In this document: in pieces, positions 38,921-47,723 of the stretch
Numbering within the stretch: position 1 is the first letter of the stretch
Layout of the letters: every line of letters begins with the position of its first letter
DNA from: Actinomycetes bacterium
GTDB taxonomy: Bacteria > Actinomycetota > Acidimicrobiia > Acidimicrobiales > Ilumatobacteraceae
Assembly: GCA_025351965.1 (NCBI GenBank)
Contig: JANXUX010000114.1
Location: 6,380-70,379, forward strand
DNA length: 64,000 nucleotides
Reading direction: 5' to 3'
Made by a program: the position numbers and the translations under genes
Notes under the pieces: generated by a model
Databases searched by the model: none
Told to the model about the DNA's origin: nothing
The model's input: the letters and a program-made list of their open reading frames with translations, nothing else

Positions 38921-39016
38921 GCCGGTAACATTGCCTCATCTCTGCGGAGGTGAAACCCGATCCTTCCCCCATCGATCACACCGTGCCCACAGGCACAGGA
39001 CGAGAGGGGATCTGCG

Positions 39017-39595
39017 ATGCGTTGGATGTCGCGGATGCGGATGACGGTCGCCCGTCATCCGTGGATCCATTGGGCGTTCGTCGCCCTGCTGGCCACCGCC
39101 ATCGGCGGTTCCATCGCCATTGGTCTGGCCGGTGTCCGGCGAGAGCGCGAGGCCTGGGGTATGACCCGGACCGTGCTCGTCGCCACGAGAGCAATCGTGC
39201 CCGGTGAACCGGTGGTCGATGCCGTCGAACCTCGCGACGTGCCCGTCGCATTGGTACCGGCGGCCGCGGTGGCCACCGTCGATGCTGCCGCGACCGCGAT
39301 CCGCTTCGTCGGTGTCGGAGAAATGCTCGTCGCACCCGACATCGTTGCTCGACCAGGTCCCGGAGCCGTGCTGCCCGACGGGTGGCTGGCGATCGACATC
39401 GCCGACGTCGACAACCCGAGCCTGTTCGCCGTGGGTGACTCGGCGGTCGTGCTGGCCGGCGGGCGGGCCATCGCGGCACACGCCGTGGTCGTGGCCGTCA
39501 CCGGCACCGATGTCGTCGTCGGCGTCAGCGCTCGAGACGCCGGCGCCGTGGCCGATGCCGCCAACCAACGGTCTGCCGTGATCGCGCTCAGCTGA
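39017..39595 (+). CDS. SAF-domain membrane protein (CpaB/RcpC-like N terminus)
   Basis: N-terminal TM helix followed by RTVLVATRAIVPGEPV, a SAF-type segment. This is the usual neighbour of FmdB-like genes in actinobacteria. Confidence 0.55.
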   Translation: MRWMSRMRMTVARHPWIHWAFVALLATAIGGSIAIGLAGVRREREAWGMTRTVLVATRAIVPGEPVVDAVEPRDVPVALVPAAAVATVDAAATAIRFVGVGEMLVAPDIVARPGPGAVLPDGWLAIDIADVDNPSLFAVGDSAVVLAGGRAIAAHAVVVAVTGTDVVVGVSARDAGAVADAANQRSAVIALS

Positions 39596-40343
39596 AGCCG
39601 GTGCCGGTGCTGAAGCCGGCGCCGGTGCTGAAACCGGTGCCGGTGCTGGGCACGATCCGCGCCGACCACGGTCGGGCCTCGTCCCAGTGGTGGCCGACAG
39701 ACCGGGCGACGCGCAGCTTGGCGAGGAAATCGGTCGCACCACCGAAGTCGGGCATCTCCACGTACGCCGCCCCGAGCGCCAGCGGTACGTGAGCGTCGCT
39801 GCCGGCGCCGGCGGCGAGGTCGAACTCCTCGGCGAACGCTGCGGCCTTGCGGTTCAAGGACTCCAGCGACGTCTTCGCGTTGACGACCTCGATTGCGTCG
39901 ATCAGCCCCGCCTCGGCCAACTCGCGCATCGGCCCCTCGGCGAGGTTGCGGCGCATCGGATCGAACGGGTGGGGGATGTAGACGAGCCCGCCCTGGGCCC
40001 GGATCAGTTCCGCAGCCTGTGCCGGCGACACCCCGACCGGGATCCGCTCGGTGAGGAACAGCCCGATGATCTCTCCCGCGTGGGTCTTCAGTTCCTCGCC
40101 GATGATCACCCGGCAGGGCAGGGTCTCGGCCAACTCCACGGCACCACGGATCGCGTTGTGGTCGGTGATGCAGAGCACGTCGATGCCGGACGCGAGCACG
40201 GCCGAGGCGATCTCGTCCGGCGTCGTCGTCGAGTCGCCGCTCCACATCGTGTGGCTGTGCATGTCGACACGAACCCAGCCGATCGGCAGCTCGACGGCGA
40301 GGTGCGGATGCCGCGCGACGGCGTCGGCATCCGGGGTTGGCAC
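39588..40343 (-). CDS. PHP-domain phosphoesterase
   Basis: VDMHSHTMWSGDS, ITDHNAI and GSDAH motifs. GTG start at 40343. The C-terminal tail is encoded by an 18-bp x3 repeat. Confidence 0.75.
   Translation of the reverse strand: MPTPDADAVARHPHLAVELPIGWVRVDMHSHTMWSGDSTTTPDEIASAVLASGIDVLCITDHNAIRGAVELAETLPCRVIIGEELKTHAGEIIGLFLTERIPVGVSPAQAAELIRAQGGLVYIPHPFDPMRRNLAEGPMRELAEAGLIDAIEVVNAKTSLESLNRKAAAFAEEFDLAAGAGSDAHVPLALGAAYVEMPDFGGATDFLAKLRVARSVGHHWDEARPWSARIVPSTGTGFSTGAGFSTGTGFS
39594..39647. repeat. 18-bp x3 tandem repeat (gaagccggtgccggtgct and two variants)
   Basis: Read directly from the sequence. It encodes STG(T/A)GF repeats at the C terminus of the PHP protein. Confidence 0.85.
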
Positions 40344-40416
40344 GCCCTCACGGTATCCGCGGCCGGGTGAGGCGTGGCAACATCGGCGCGTGGCACTGAG
40401 ACGGCGATCGAAGCTG

Positions 40417-41199
40417 ATGTTCATCACGGGTGCGAGCGGGCTGCTCGGCCGGCACCTGCAGCGCTGCTCGAAGGCGGAGCACTGGGACATGGTGGCTCCG
40501 GGATCGCACTCGCTCGACATCCGCCGACGGGAGGCCGTGCTGCAGATGATCACGGAGTGGAAGCCTGCGGTCGTCGTCCACCTCGCCTACCGCAAGGACG
40601 ACCGGCGCACGATCGTGGACGGTAGTCGCAATGTGGCAGAGGCCGCTGCGGCCTGCGGGGCGCGCCTCGTCCACGTCTCGACCGACGTCGTGTTCGCCGG
40701 ACGGCCGGCGCCGTACACCGAGCACGACCTGCCGTTCGCGATCACCGAGTACGGGCGGATGAAGGCCGCAGCCGAGGAAGCCGTCATCACCATCGCGCCA
40801 CGTGCCGCGATCGTGCGGACCTCGCTGATGTACGCGACGGAGTTCCTGGCCCCGCTGCAGGTGGACATCGAGCGGGCACTACGCGGCGAGACCTCACCAA
40901 CGTTCTTCACCGACGAGTACCGCTGCCCGGCCCACGCCAGCGACATCGCTGACGCAATCGCGATCCTTGCGGCGATGCCCGAGGTCGTCGGCCCGGTCCA
41001 CATCGCCGGGCCCGAGGTGCTGAGTCGCGCCGACCTCGCCCGCGCAGTCGCCGAGTGGCTCGGCAAGAACCCGAACCTGTTGCGCACCTCGACCATTGCG
41101 GAATCGGGCCTGGCCCGCCCGGCGCGCATCGTGCTCGATTGCACGCTCGCCTCCCAGCTCGGTATCCACGTCCGCCCGATCGGTCTCGCCCTGCGCTGA
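40417..41199 (+). CDS. RmlD-substrate-binding-type NAD(P)-dependent sugar-nucleotide reductase/epimerase family protein
   Basis: FITGASGLLG Rossmann start and YGRMK (YxxxK). Confidence 0.7.
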   Translation: MFITGASGLLGRHLQRCSKAEHWDMVAPGSHSLDIRRREAVLQMITEWKPAVVVHLAYRKDDRRTIVDGSRNVAEAAAACGARLVHVSTDVVFAGRPAPYTEHDLPFAITEYGRMKAAAEEAVITIAPRAAIVRTSLMYATEFLAPLQVDIERALRGETSPTFFTDEYRCPAHASDIADAIAILAAMPEVVGPVHIAGPEVLSRADLARAVAEWLGKNPNLLRTSTIAESGLARPARIVLDCTLASQLGIHVRPIGLALR

Positions 41200-41225
41200 G
41201 GGGCCCGCGCCGCTACCGTGGCGCG

Positions 41226-41606
41226 GTGAAGAAGTTGCTGTCGGTCCCGTTGTCCATCGGTCTGCTCATCGGGGTGAGCGCCTGCGCGAGCGACTCGGCA
41301 CCCGCTGCAGCGCCGGTCCCGAGCTTTCAGATCGCCGACGGCGAGACACTCACCTCGCTTCAGCAGCGGGTCGCCGACATCACCTACGCCGCAGCCATCG
41401 GCGGCAACCAACCCATCGCCGCAGACTGCCTCAAGGCCGTTGTCTCACACCTCTCCGAGGCAGACGCGGCGTTGATCGTGAACAACACAGCGCCGCAGAC
41501 ACCGACCCTCAGCCCTGCGGGATCGACTCTCGCCGCAGCGGTCAAGGCATGTCTCATCATCGAGCCGGCCTCGACCACGACTGTGACAAGCGCGACCGCC
41601 GGTTGA
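41226..41606 (+). CDS. small lipoprotein, unknown function (paralogue A)
   Basis: GTG start. Signal peptide with lipobox LIGVSAC. Shares the CLKAVVSHLSEADAALIV block with the next gene. Confidence 0.55.
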   Translation: MKKLLSVPLSIGLLIGVSACASDSAPAAAPVPSFQIADGETLTSLQQRVADITYAAAIGGNQPIAADCLKAVVSHLSEADAALIVNNTAPQTPTLSPAGSTLAAAVKACLIIEPASTTTVTSATAG

Positions 41607-41670
41607 GCCACCCAGTCGCTACGGTGTGGCCGCGCAACCACGGACAGTCCCGGTTGCCGAGGGGAGAACA

Positions 41671-42084
41671 ATGAAGAAGCTCATGACCGGATCGATGACC
41701 ATCGGTCTGTTGTTCGCCGTCGCATCCTGCGGCAGCGATTCCAAGTCCAGCTCGACCAGCACGGCCGGGACCACAATCAGCACGGATGCCGGCACCGCAG
41801 ACACGGCCGCCACGGGTGACACCACCGCCGCCGGCGGCGCTGTCGACACGTCCGGCCTCAGCGAGGTCCAGGCCAAGGCCTACACGATTGGCCTCGAGGG
41901 CGCGACCACCGGTGGCGTGGCACTCGATCCGGCCTGTTTCAAGGCCATCGTCGCCCAGCTCAGCGATGCCGACGCACAACTGATCGTCGACGCCGGCGTC
42001 GGCGGCACCGCGAAGCTCAGTGCCGAAGGCGAAGCCCTCGGCGCGCAGGTCGGCACGACCTGCGTCGCCACGCCGACGACCTGA
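41671..42084 (+). CDS. small lipoprotein, unknown function (paralogue B)
   Basis: GAGGGGAG RBS upstream. Lipobox FAVASC. Carries the CFKAIVAQLSDADAQLIV block. Confidence 0.6.
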   Translation: MKKLMTGSMTIGLLFAVASCGSDSKSSSTSTAGTTISTDAGTADTAATGDTTAAGGAVDTSGLSEVQAKAYTIGLEGATTGGVALDPACFKAIVAQLSDADAQLIVDAGVGGTAKLSAEGEALGAQVGTTCVATPTT

Positions 42085-42202
42085 TCCCAGCGAGCCGGTA
42101 GCCCGGCGAACAGCAACACCCGCCGATCGGTGGGGCGTCCCTCGTGAACGGGCGCTCCATCGATCGTCGCCGTTTTCGGGCGTCAACCCTCGTCCGGCAT
42201 GA

Positions 42203-43165
42203 TCACGGATCGCACGGCTCGGTGCCGACGGTGCGCTGGAACTTGCTCATCAGGTGGCGGCCGGCGAGCACCGGCGCGTGGCGGGGTTGGCCCGACCCCG
42301 GGAGACACTCGATCCGGGCATCCCAGTTGGCGTTGTGGAAGAACGCGAGCGACGTTCGCCGCCGGGCGTTGGGCGGCTCGACGACGCGGTGCATCGTCGA
42401 GCGCCATCGGTCGTTCGTCCACTGCGCGAGGCTGTCGCCGAGGTTGACGACGAACCCCCCGTCCACGGCGGTGATCGCATTCCACGTCCCGTCGGCATCC
42501 TTGGTCTCGAGACCGTTGCTGCCGGACTCCGTGCGCAGGATCGTGAGCGTCCCGTAGTCGGTGTGGGCACCAGCGCGCAGCTGACCCCGAGCCGGCGGTT
42601 CGGCCAGCTCTGGGTAGTCCAGGCAACGCAGCGCACTGACGTGATGGTCGATCATCGGCGCGAAGTATCTCGGATCCAGACCCAGGGCGACCGCCATATG
42701 GGCGAGCAACCGTGCGGCCAACGCGGACAGCGCGGTGTAGTAGGCCTCGAGGGCTGGCCGGAACCCCGCCGGTGACGCCGGCCACAGGCTGGGTGACCGG
42801 ACCCACACTTCGTCGGGATCCGTCGGCGGTGCGGCGGGAGGGTCGATGGGGCCGAAGGAATAGGTGTGTTTACGATCCGGCGGCGCGGCGCCGAATCCAG
42901 GTCCATCGACGAGCGATGCCGCAAGCGATTCGACCTCGAAACCGATGTAGCCGTAGGGGTAGCCGGCGTACGGCGCGGCGACGGCTTCACGGACATCGTC
43001 GGGTTCGTCGAAGAACACCCGGGTCGCCGACCACGCCGCATCGACGACGGTGTCGGGCACACCGTGACCGACGATCTGGAAGAAACCGATCTGCTCGCAG
43101 GCCAGTCCGATCTGCTCGGCGACCGTGACCGACTCGCCGCGAAGGTCGATCACCGGGACGACCAC
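42203..43165 (-). CDS. 2OG-Fe(II) oxygenase, isopenicillin-N-synthase-like family
   Basis: GFFQIVGHG, HTDYGTLTIL and RWRSTMHRV. The GTG start shares 1 nt with the pmbA stop. Confidence 0.8.
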   Translation of the reverse strand: MVVPVIDLRGESVTVAEQIGLACEQIGFFQIVGHGVPDTVVDAAWSATRVFFDEPDDVREAVAAPYAGYPYGYIGFEVESLAASLVDGPGFGAAPPDRKHTYSFGPIDPPAAPPTDPDEVWVRSPSLWPASPAGFRPALEAYYTALSALAARLLAHMAVALGLDPRYFAPMIDHHVSALRCLDYPELAEPPARGQLRAGAHTDYGTLTILRTESGSNGLETKDADGTWNAITAVDGGFVVNLGDSLAQWTNDRWRSTMHRVVEPPNARRRTSLAFFHNANWDARIECLPGSGQPRHAPVLAGRHLMSKFQRTVGTEPCDP

Positions 43166-44520
43166 TACGCACCGCTCATCGTCAGGTCACGAATGACCAA
43201 GCTGACTCCCGCAGCGCGCATCGGCAGCCAGTCGATGTCGCCGCCGACCTCGACGATGTCGTGCAGCATCCGCTGCAGCGTGGAGGCGATCGTGAACTCG
43301 CGCACCGGTCCACCGAGCTGACCGTTGCTGATCAGCAGCCCGGATGCGCCCGTCGAGAAGTCGCCACTGATTGCGTTGACGCCGCTGTGGAGACCCTGCA
43401 CGCTCTGGATCAGCACACCGTCGTCGACGTCCGCGATCAATTCGGCCTGGCTGCGGTTGCCCGGCTGCATCTGCATCGCCAGGCATCCGACGCCCGGGGT
43501 GCCCTTGAAACCGCCACGCACCGCGTTGCCGGTGCTGGTCGTGCCGGCGCGACGCGCACTGTAGGAGGAGTGGACGAAACCCTGCAGGACGCCGGCCTCG
43601 ATCAGCACGTTACGGCGGGCAGCGAGGCCCTCGCCATCGATGTCGGTCGCTGTGTACGCCTTCGGATTGGTCGGATCGTCGACGAGGGTGAACAGCGGCG
43701 ACGCGACGGACTCACCGACGCGGTTGGCGAACAGGCTGCGGCCCTTGGCCACGTTCTCGCCGTTCAGCGCACTGCTGAGCACGCCGAGGAACTGGGCCGT
43801 CACGAACGGATCGAACACGACCGTGATCTTCTTCGACAGCGGCTTGACCGCGCCGAGCAAGCGGGTCGCCCGGTCGGCGGCTTCGCGAGCGGCCTTGGCG
43901 AGATCGAACTCCTCCGGCGAACGGCCGACGGCGAAGCCGAAGCCGGTCTGGGTCTCGTCGCCGTCGTCGGCGAGCGTGCTCACCGAGGCATAGCACCCGT
44001 TCTCGCGGCCGCTGACGCGAATTCCGGCGGTCGAGGCGACCGCTGCTTCACCGGAGGCATCGCTGTAGTTCGCGTCGTCGACCCGGACCCGCGAGTCGGT
44101 GGCCCGGGTCAGGCGCTCGAGCTCCTTGGCGAGTGCGATCTTGGCGTCGGTCCCGAATGCCGCGAGTTCGTCGCTCCAGAGTTGCTGCTCGACCACGGGC
44201 ACGCCATCAGCCGTGGCCAGACCGGCCCATTCGTCGGGGGTGCCGAACTCGACGTTGTCGCGCGCTTCAGCCAGCACGGACGCAACGGCGTCGCCATCGA
44301 GCGTGCCGGCGTAGGCGAACCCCGTGCGACCGTCGCGGATGACGCGGATGCCGACACCCTCGCTCTGCGCACTGACGAAGTGCTCGACCTCGCCCTCGTA
44401 GATACGAATGTCGGTCTCCTGCCCACGCGACACGTAGGCCTCGATGTGCTCACCCTTGCCGGCCTGGGCGATGACCCGGTCCGCGATCTCCTGCAGCTCC
44501 GGAGCGGCCACGTTGCTCAT
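43165..44520 (-). CDS. pmbA: TldE/PmbA family metalloprotease subunit
   Basis: 451-aa product with PmbA/TldD-fold sequence. ATGA overlap with tldD. Confidence 0.85.
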   Translation of the reverse strand: MSNVAAPELQEIADRVIAQAGKGEHIEAYVSRGQETDIRIYEGEVEHFVSAQSEGVGIRVIRDGRTGFAYAGTLDGDAVASVLAEARDNVEFGTPDEWAGLATADGVPVVEQQLWSDELAAFGTDAKIALAKELERLTRATDSRVRVDDANYSDASGEAAVASTAGIRVSGRENGCYASVSTLADDGDETQTGFGFAVGRSPEEFDLAKAAREAADRATRLLGAVKPLSKKITVVFDPFVTAQFLGVLSSALNGENVAKGRSLFANRVGESVASPLFTLVDDPTNPKAYTATDIDGEGLAARRNVLIEAGVLQGFVHSSYSARRAGTTSTGNAVRGGFKGTPGVGCLAMQMQPGNRSQAELIADVDDGVLIQSVQGLHSGVNAISGDFSTGASGLLISNGQLGGPVREFTIASTLQRMLHDIVEVGGDIDWLPMRAAGVSLVIRDLTMSGA

Positions 44521-45917
44521 GCGGCGGTCCCGCCGATCGTCATCGTCTTGACGCGCAGGGTCGGCTGGCCGTCACCGACCGGCACGCCCTGGCCGTCCTT
44601 GCCGCACGTCCCGGGGTTGCCCATCGCGAAGTCGTTGCCGAGCGCCTCGATGTCGCGCAGTACCTGGGGGCCATTGCCGATCAGGTTGCCCTCACGGAGC
44701 GGCTCGGTGATCTCGCCGTTCTCGATCAGATAGGCCTCGGTCATACCGAACACGAAGTCGCCCGACGCCGTGTTCACGCTGCCGCCGCCGAGCTTGGCGA
44801 CGTAGACACCGTTGGGCGTGTTCTTGATGATGTCCTCGGGCGTGTCGGTGCCGTTGAGCACGTAGGTGTTGGTCATCCGCACCATCGGCAGGTGCATGTA
44901 GCTCTGCCGGCGGCCGTTGCCGCTGTGTGCGTGACCTTCCTTGCGGGCGCGGAGGTGATCCCACATGTAGTCGGTGAGGATGCCGTCCTTGATCAGCTCG
45001 TTGTACTGGCTGGGATGACCCTCGTCGTCGATGCCGATCGCGCCCCATTCCCCCGCCATCGTGCCGTCGTCGACGAGCGTGACGAGCGGCGAGGCGACCT
45101 GCTGGCCGACTTTGCCCGCGTACACGCTGGAGTTCTTGCCGACCAGATCAGCCTCGAGGCCGTGACCGCACGCTTCGTGGAACAGGACTCCGCCGCTGCC
45201 GGCCTTGATGACCACCGGGATGGAACCGCTCGGCGCCGGTCGAGCGCGGAGCTTGGTGATGGCCTGTTGGGCGGCGCGCCGGGCGAGCTCTTCGACATCG
45301 TTGGTGTCGAAGACCTCGAAGCCGATCGTGTGGCCGAGCGACTCGAAGCCGGTCTGCATCCCGGCATCACCGTTGGCGACGACGCTGATGCGGAGCAGAT
45401 GGCGGACCTGTTCATCCTCGGCCAGCAACCCGTCGCTGTTGGCGACGATGATCCGCTTGCGGCTGTCGCCGTAGCCGGCCGACACCTGGCCAATGGCCCC
45501 GCCGGTCGATCGGGCCGCTTCGTCGATGCGCTGCAGCAGCGCGACCTTGGCCGCCTTGCCGATCGTGTCGGGATAGATCTCGACCGTGTTCACCCGGTGG
45601 GGTGCGGAGCGGGTGAGGGCGACCGTGCGCGTCCCGCCGCCACCCTGGGCAGCGACCGCTCCGGCGGCCTCGGCTGCGGCAACGAGCCCGCCCTCGGACA
45701 GATCGGCCGTGTACGCGAAACCGGTGGTCTCGCCGCGCACGACGCGGATGCCCGCCCCGCGGTCACGGCCGCTGGTGACCTGTTCGACGCGCCCGTCGTC
45801 GAGCCCCGCCGACGTCGATGACTTGTCCTCCGCGTACACCTCGGCGAAGTCGCCACCGTTGCGCAGGGCCGTTCCGAGCACTCGTTCCAACACATCCTGA
45901 TCGATCACGCAAACCAT
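44517..45917 (-). CDS. tldD: TldD family metalloprotease
   Basis: HEACGHGLE zinc motif and the C-terminal GTCGKDGQ motif. Confidence 0.9.
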   Translation of the reverse strand: MVCVIDQDVLERVLGTALRNGGDFAEVYAEDKSSTSAGLDDGRVEQVTSGRDRGAGIRVVRGETTGFAYTADLSEGGLVAAAEAAGAVAAQGGGGTRTVALTRSAPHRVNTVEIYPDTIGKAAKVALLQRIDEAARSTGGAIGQVSAGYGDSRKRIIVANSDGLLAEDEQVRHLLRISVVANGDAGMQTGFESLGHTIGFEVFDTNDVEELARRAAQQAITKLRARPAPSGSIPVVIKAGSGGVLFHEACGHGLEADLVGKNSSVYAGKVGQQVASPLVTLVDDGTMAGEWGAIGIDDEGHPSQYNELIKDGILTDYMWDHLRARKEGHAHSGNGRRQSYMHLPMVRMTNTYVLNGTDTPEDIIKNTPNGVYVAKLGGGSVNTASGDFVFGMTEAYLIENGEITEPLREGNLIGNGPQVLRDIEALGNDFAMGNPGTCGKDGQGVPVGDGQPTLRVKTMTIGGTAA

Positions 45918-45972
45918 GCTAACGAGCAGGAATTCAGCGAGGCCGGCAGTGTTCGCCTATCCTCACGGCACT

Positions 45973-46356
45973 ATGGCGAACTCGATCGAGGTCGGTCTCC
46001 GCGGCGAAGCACGGATGATCGTGGGTGACTCCGACACCGCCATCTCGCACGGCACGGGCATCGTCGCGGTCTTCGCGACACCCTGCGTGATCGAACTGTG
46101 CGAGCAGGCGGCCATCGCCGCAGTCGGTGACCGGTTGCCGCCCGGCATCACCACGGTCGGTATGCGCGTCCAGGTCGACCACCTCCAGCCGACGGCGGTC
46201 GGACACGAGGTCACGGCCGAGGCCGTGCTCAAGCACATCGAAGGGCGCCGGCTGACGTTCGCCGTATCCGTCGACGACAACCGCGGCCTGGTCGCAGCCG
46301 GCAAGGTCACTCGGGTGATGGTCGACGTCGAGCGCTTCATGGACAAGACGGTCTGA
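45973..46356 (+). CDS. hotdog-fold thioesterase, FlK-like family
   Basis: VFATPCVIELCEQAA and EGRRLTFAVSVDD align by eye with fluoroacetyl-CoA-thioesterase-like proteins. Confidence 0.7.
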   Translation: MANSIEVGLRGEARMIVGDSDTAISHGTGIVAVFATPCVIELCEQAAIAAVGDRLPPGITTVGMRVQVDHLQPTAVGHEVTAEAVLKHIEGRRLTFAVSVDDNRGLVAAGKVTRVMVDVERFMDKTV

Positions 46357-46411
46357 GCCGCCCCGGCGGTCCGCACTTCAGCTGTCGGCCCTGCGTGCCG
46401 ATGGTTGCATC

Positions 46412-46765
46412 ATGCGCACGCGCAGGATCATGATGACGGCTCTGATTTGGTGCAGCGCGCTCGGCGTCGCCGGCTGCTCCAGTGACGCAGCGCCGGCGGC
46501 GTCGAGCACCTCCTCCATCGTCGCCACCTCGGCGGCTCCGGCGCCCGGTATCGGGGTGTTCGGCGTGACGCAGTCGGCTGCATGCGAGACCGACCTCCAG
46601 CTCCTCGAGACCCAGGTCGATGCATATCTGGCGCTCAACGGCGGCAGTGAGGCGACCGAGGACGAGATCATCGCGCAGGGCCTCGCACGTGCACCCAGCA
46701 CGCTGCACGACATCGGTCCCGACGCATCGATCGTGCCGGCGTCGGGCAGCGGCTGCGCTCGCTGA
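46412..46765 (+). CDS. small lipoprotein, unknown function
   Basis: Signal peptide with lipobox GVAGCS. Confidence 0.55.
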   Translation: MRTRRIMMTALIWCSALGVAGCSSDAAPAASSTSSIVATSAAPAPGIGVFGVTQSAACETDLQLLETQVDAYLALNGGSEATEDEIIAQGLARAPSTLHDIGPDASIVPASGSGCAR

Positions 46766-46826
46766 GACGCGAACCCGAGCCCCAACTGCGGGTGCCAGAC
46801 GAACCAACGACCTAGAGTTGGCGCTC

Positions 46827-47723
46827 GTGTCTGTGCCAGCCGAGAACTCGACCTCGAAGCTGCGCGCGGCCGTCCCGTGGATCCGCGAGATCGTCGTCAT
46901 CGGGGCCGTGTACCTCGTCTACGGATTCGTCCGCAACCAGTTCGGCTCGGCCAACCTGGCCATCGGCGACGAACCGCTCCATGCGTTCAACAACGCCGTC
47001 GACATCATCGACATCGAGAAAGCGATGGGGTTGTTCCACGAGCAGACCATTCAACGCTGGTTCCTCGACACCCCGTTCATCACGTTCTTCAACATCTTCT
47101 ACGGCACGGCGCACTTCATCGTCACGCTGGGGATCCTGATCTGGCTGTTCATCCGCAAACGCCAGTTCTTCGGCCGCTACCGCACGACGCTGATGGCGAC
47201 GACAGTGCTCGCCCTCGTCGGCTTCATGCTCTTCCCGCTGATGCCGCCCCGACTGTTCAATGCCTACGCCCACGAGTGCGGGCCGGCCACGTCTCACCTG
47301 ATCTGCTATCGCTACGGCGGCGGCGAGCTCGCCGAACAACTGCCGGGCAAGCCCGACTACAAATTCGTCGACACCCTTCGTGAGGTCGGCGGCCTGTGGA
47401 ACTTCGATTCGAAAAAGCTCGACAGCGTGTCCAACCAGTACGCGGCGATGCCCAGCCTGCACATCGGCTGGAGCACATGGTGCATGCTCGTCGTGCTGCG
47501 CTTCGCCAGGCGCAGGTGGACCAAGGCGCTGGCGATCGCCTACCCCTTCCTGACCCTGACGGTGATCGTCGCGACGGCGAACCACTTCATCCTCGACGCC
47601 GTCGGCGGTCTCGTGATCGTCGGCGCTGGCTACCTGATCGGGCTCGGGTTCGAGCGACTGGGCCGACGATCCGCGAAGCCGGAGGCCGTCTCGGTGAGTC
47701 ACGATGCCGTCCTCGTCGAGTGA
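46827..47723 (+). CDS. PAP2 superfamily membrane protein, inositolphosphorylceramide-synthase-like (PAP2_3 type)
   Basis: Multi-pass membrane protein with LMPPRL, NQYAAMPSLH and NHFILDAVGG motifs (PAP2 C2/C3-like). The start is uncertain (TTG 46818, GTG 46827 or GTG 46833). Confidence 0.65.
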   Translation: MSVPAENSTSKLRAAVPWIREIVVIGAVYLVYGFVRNQFGSANLAIGDEPLHAFNNAVDIIDIEKAMGLFHEQTIQRWFLDTPFITFFNIFYGTAHFIVTLGILIWLFIRKRQFFGRYRTTLMATTVLALVGFMLFPLMPPRLFNAYAHECGPATSHLICYRYGGGELAEQLPGKPDYKFVDTLREVGGLWNFDSKKLDSVSNQYAAMPSLHIGWSTWCMLVVLRFARRRWTKALAIAYPFLTLTVIVATANHFILDAVGGLVIVGAGYLIGLGFERLGRRSAKPEAVSVSHDAVLVE

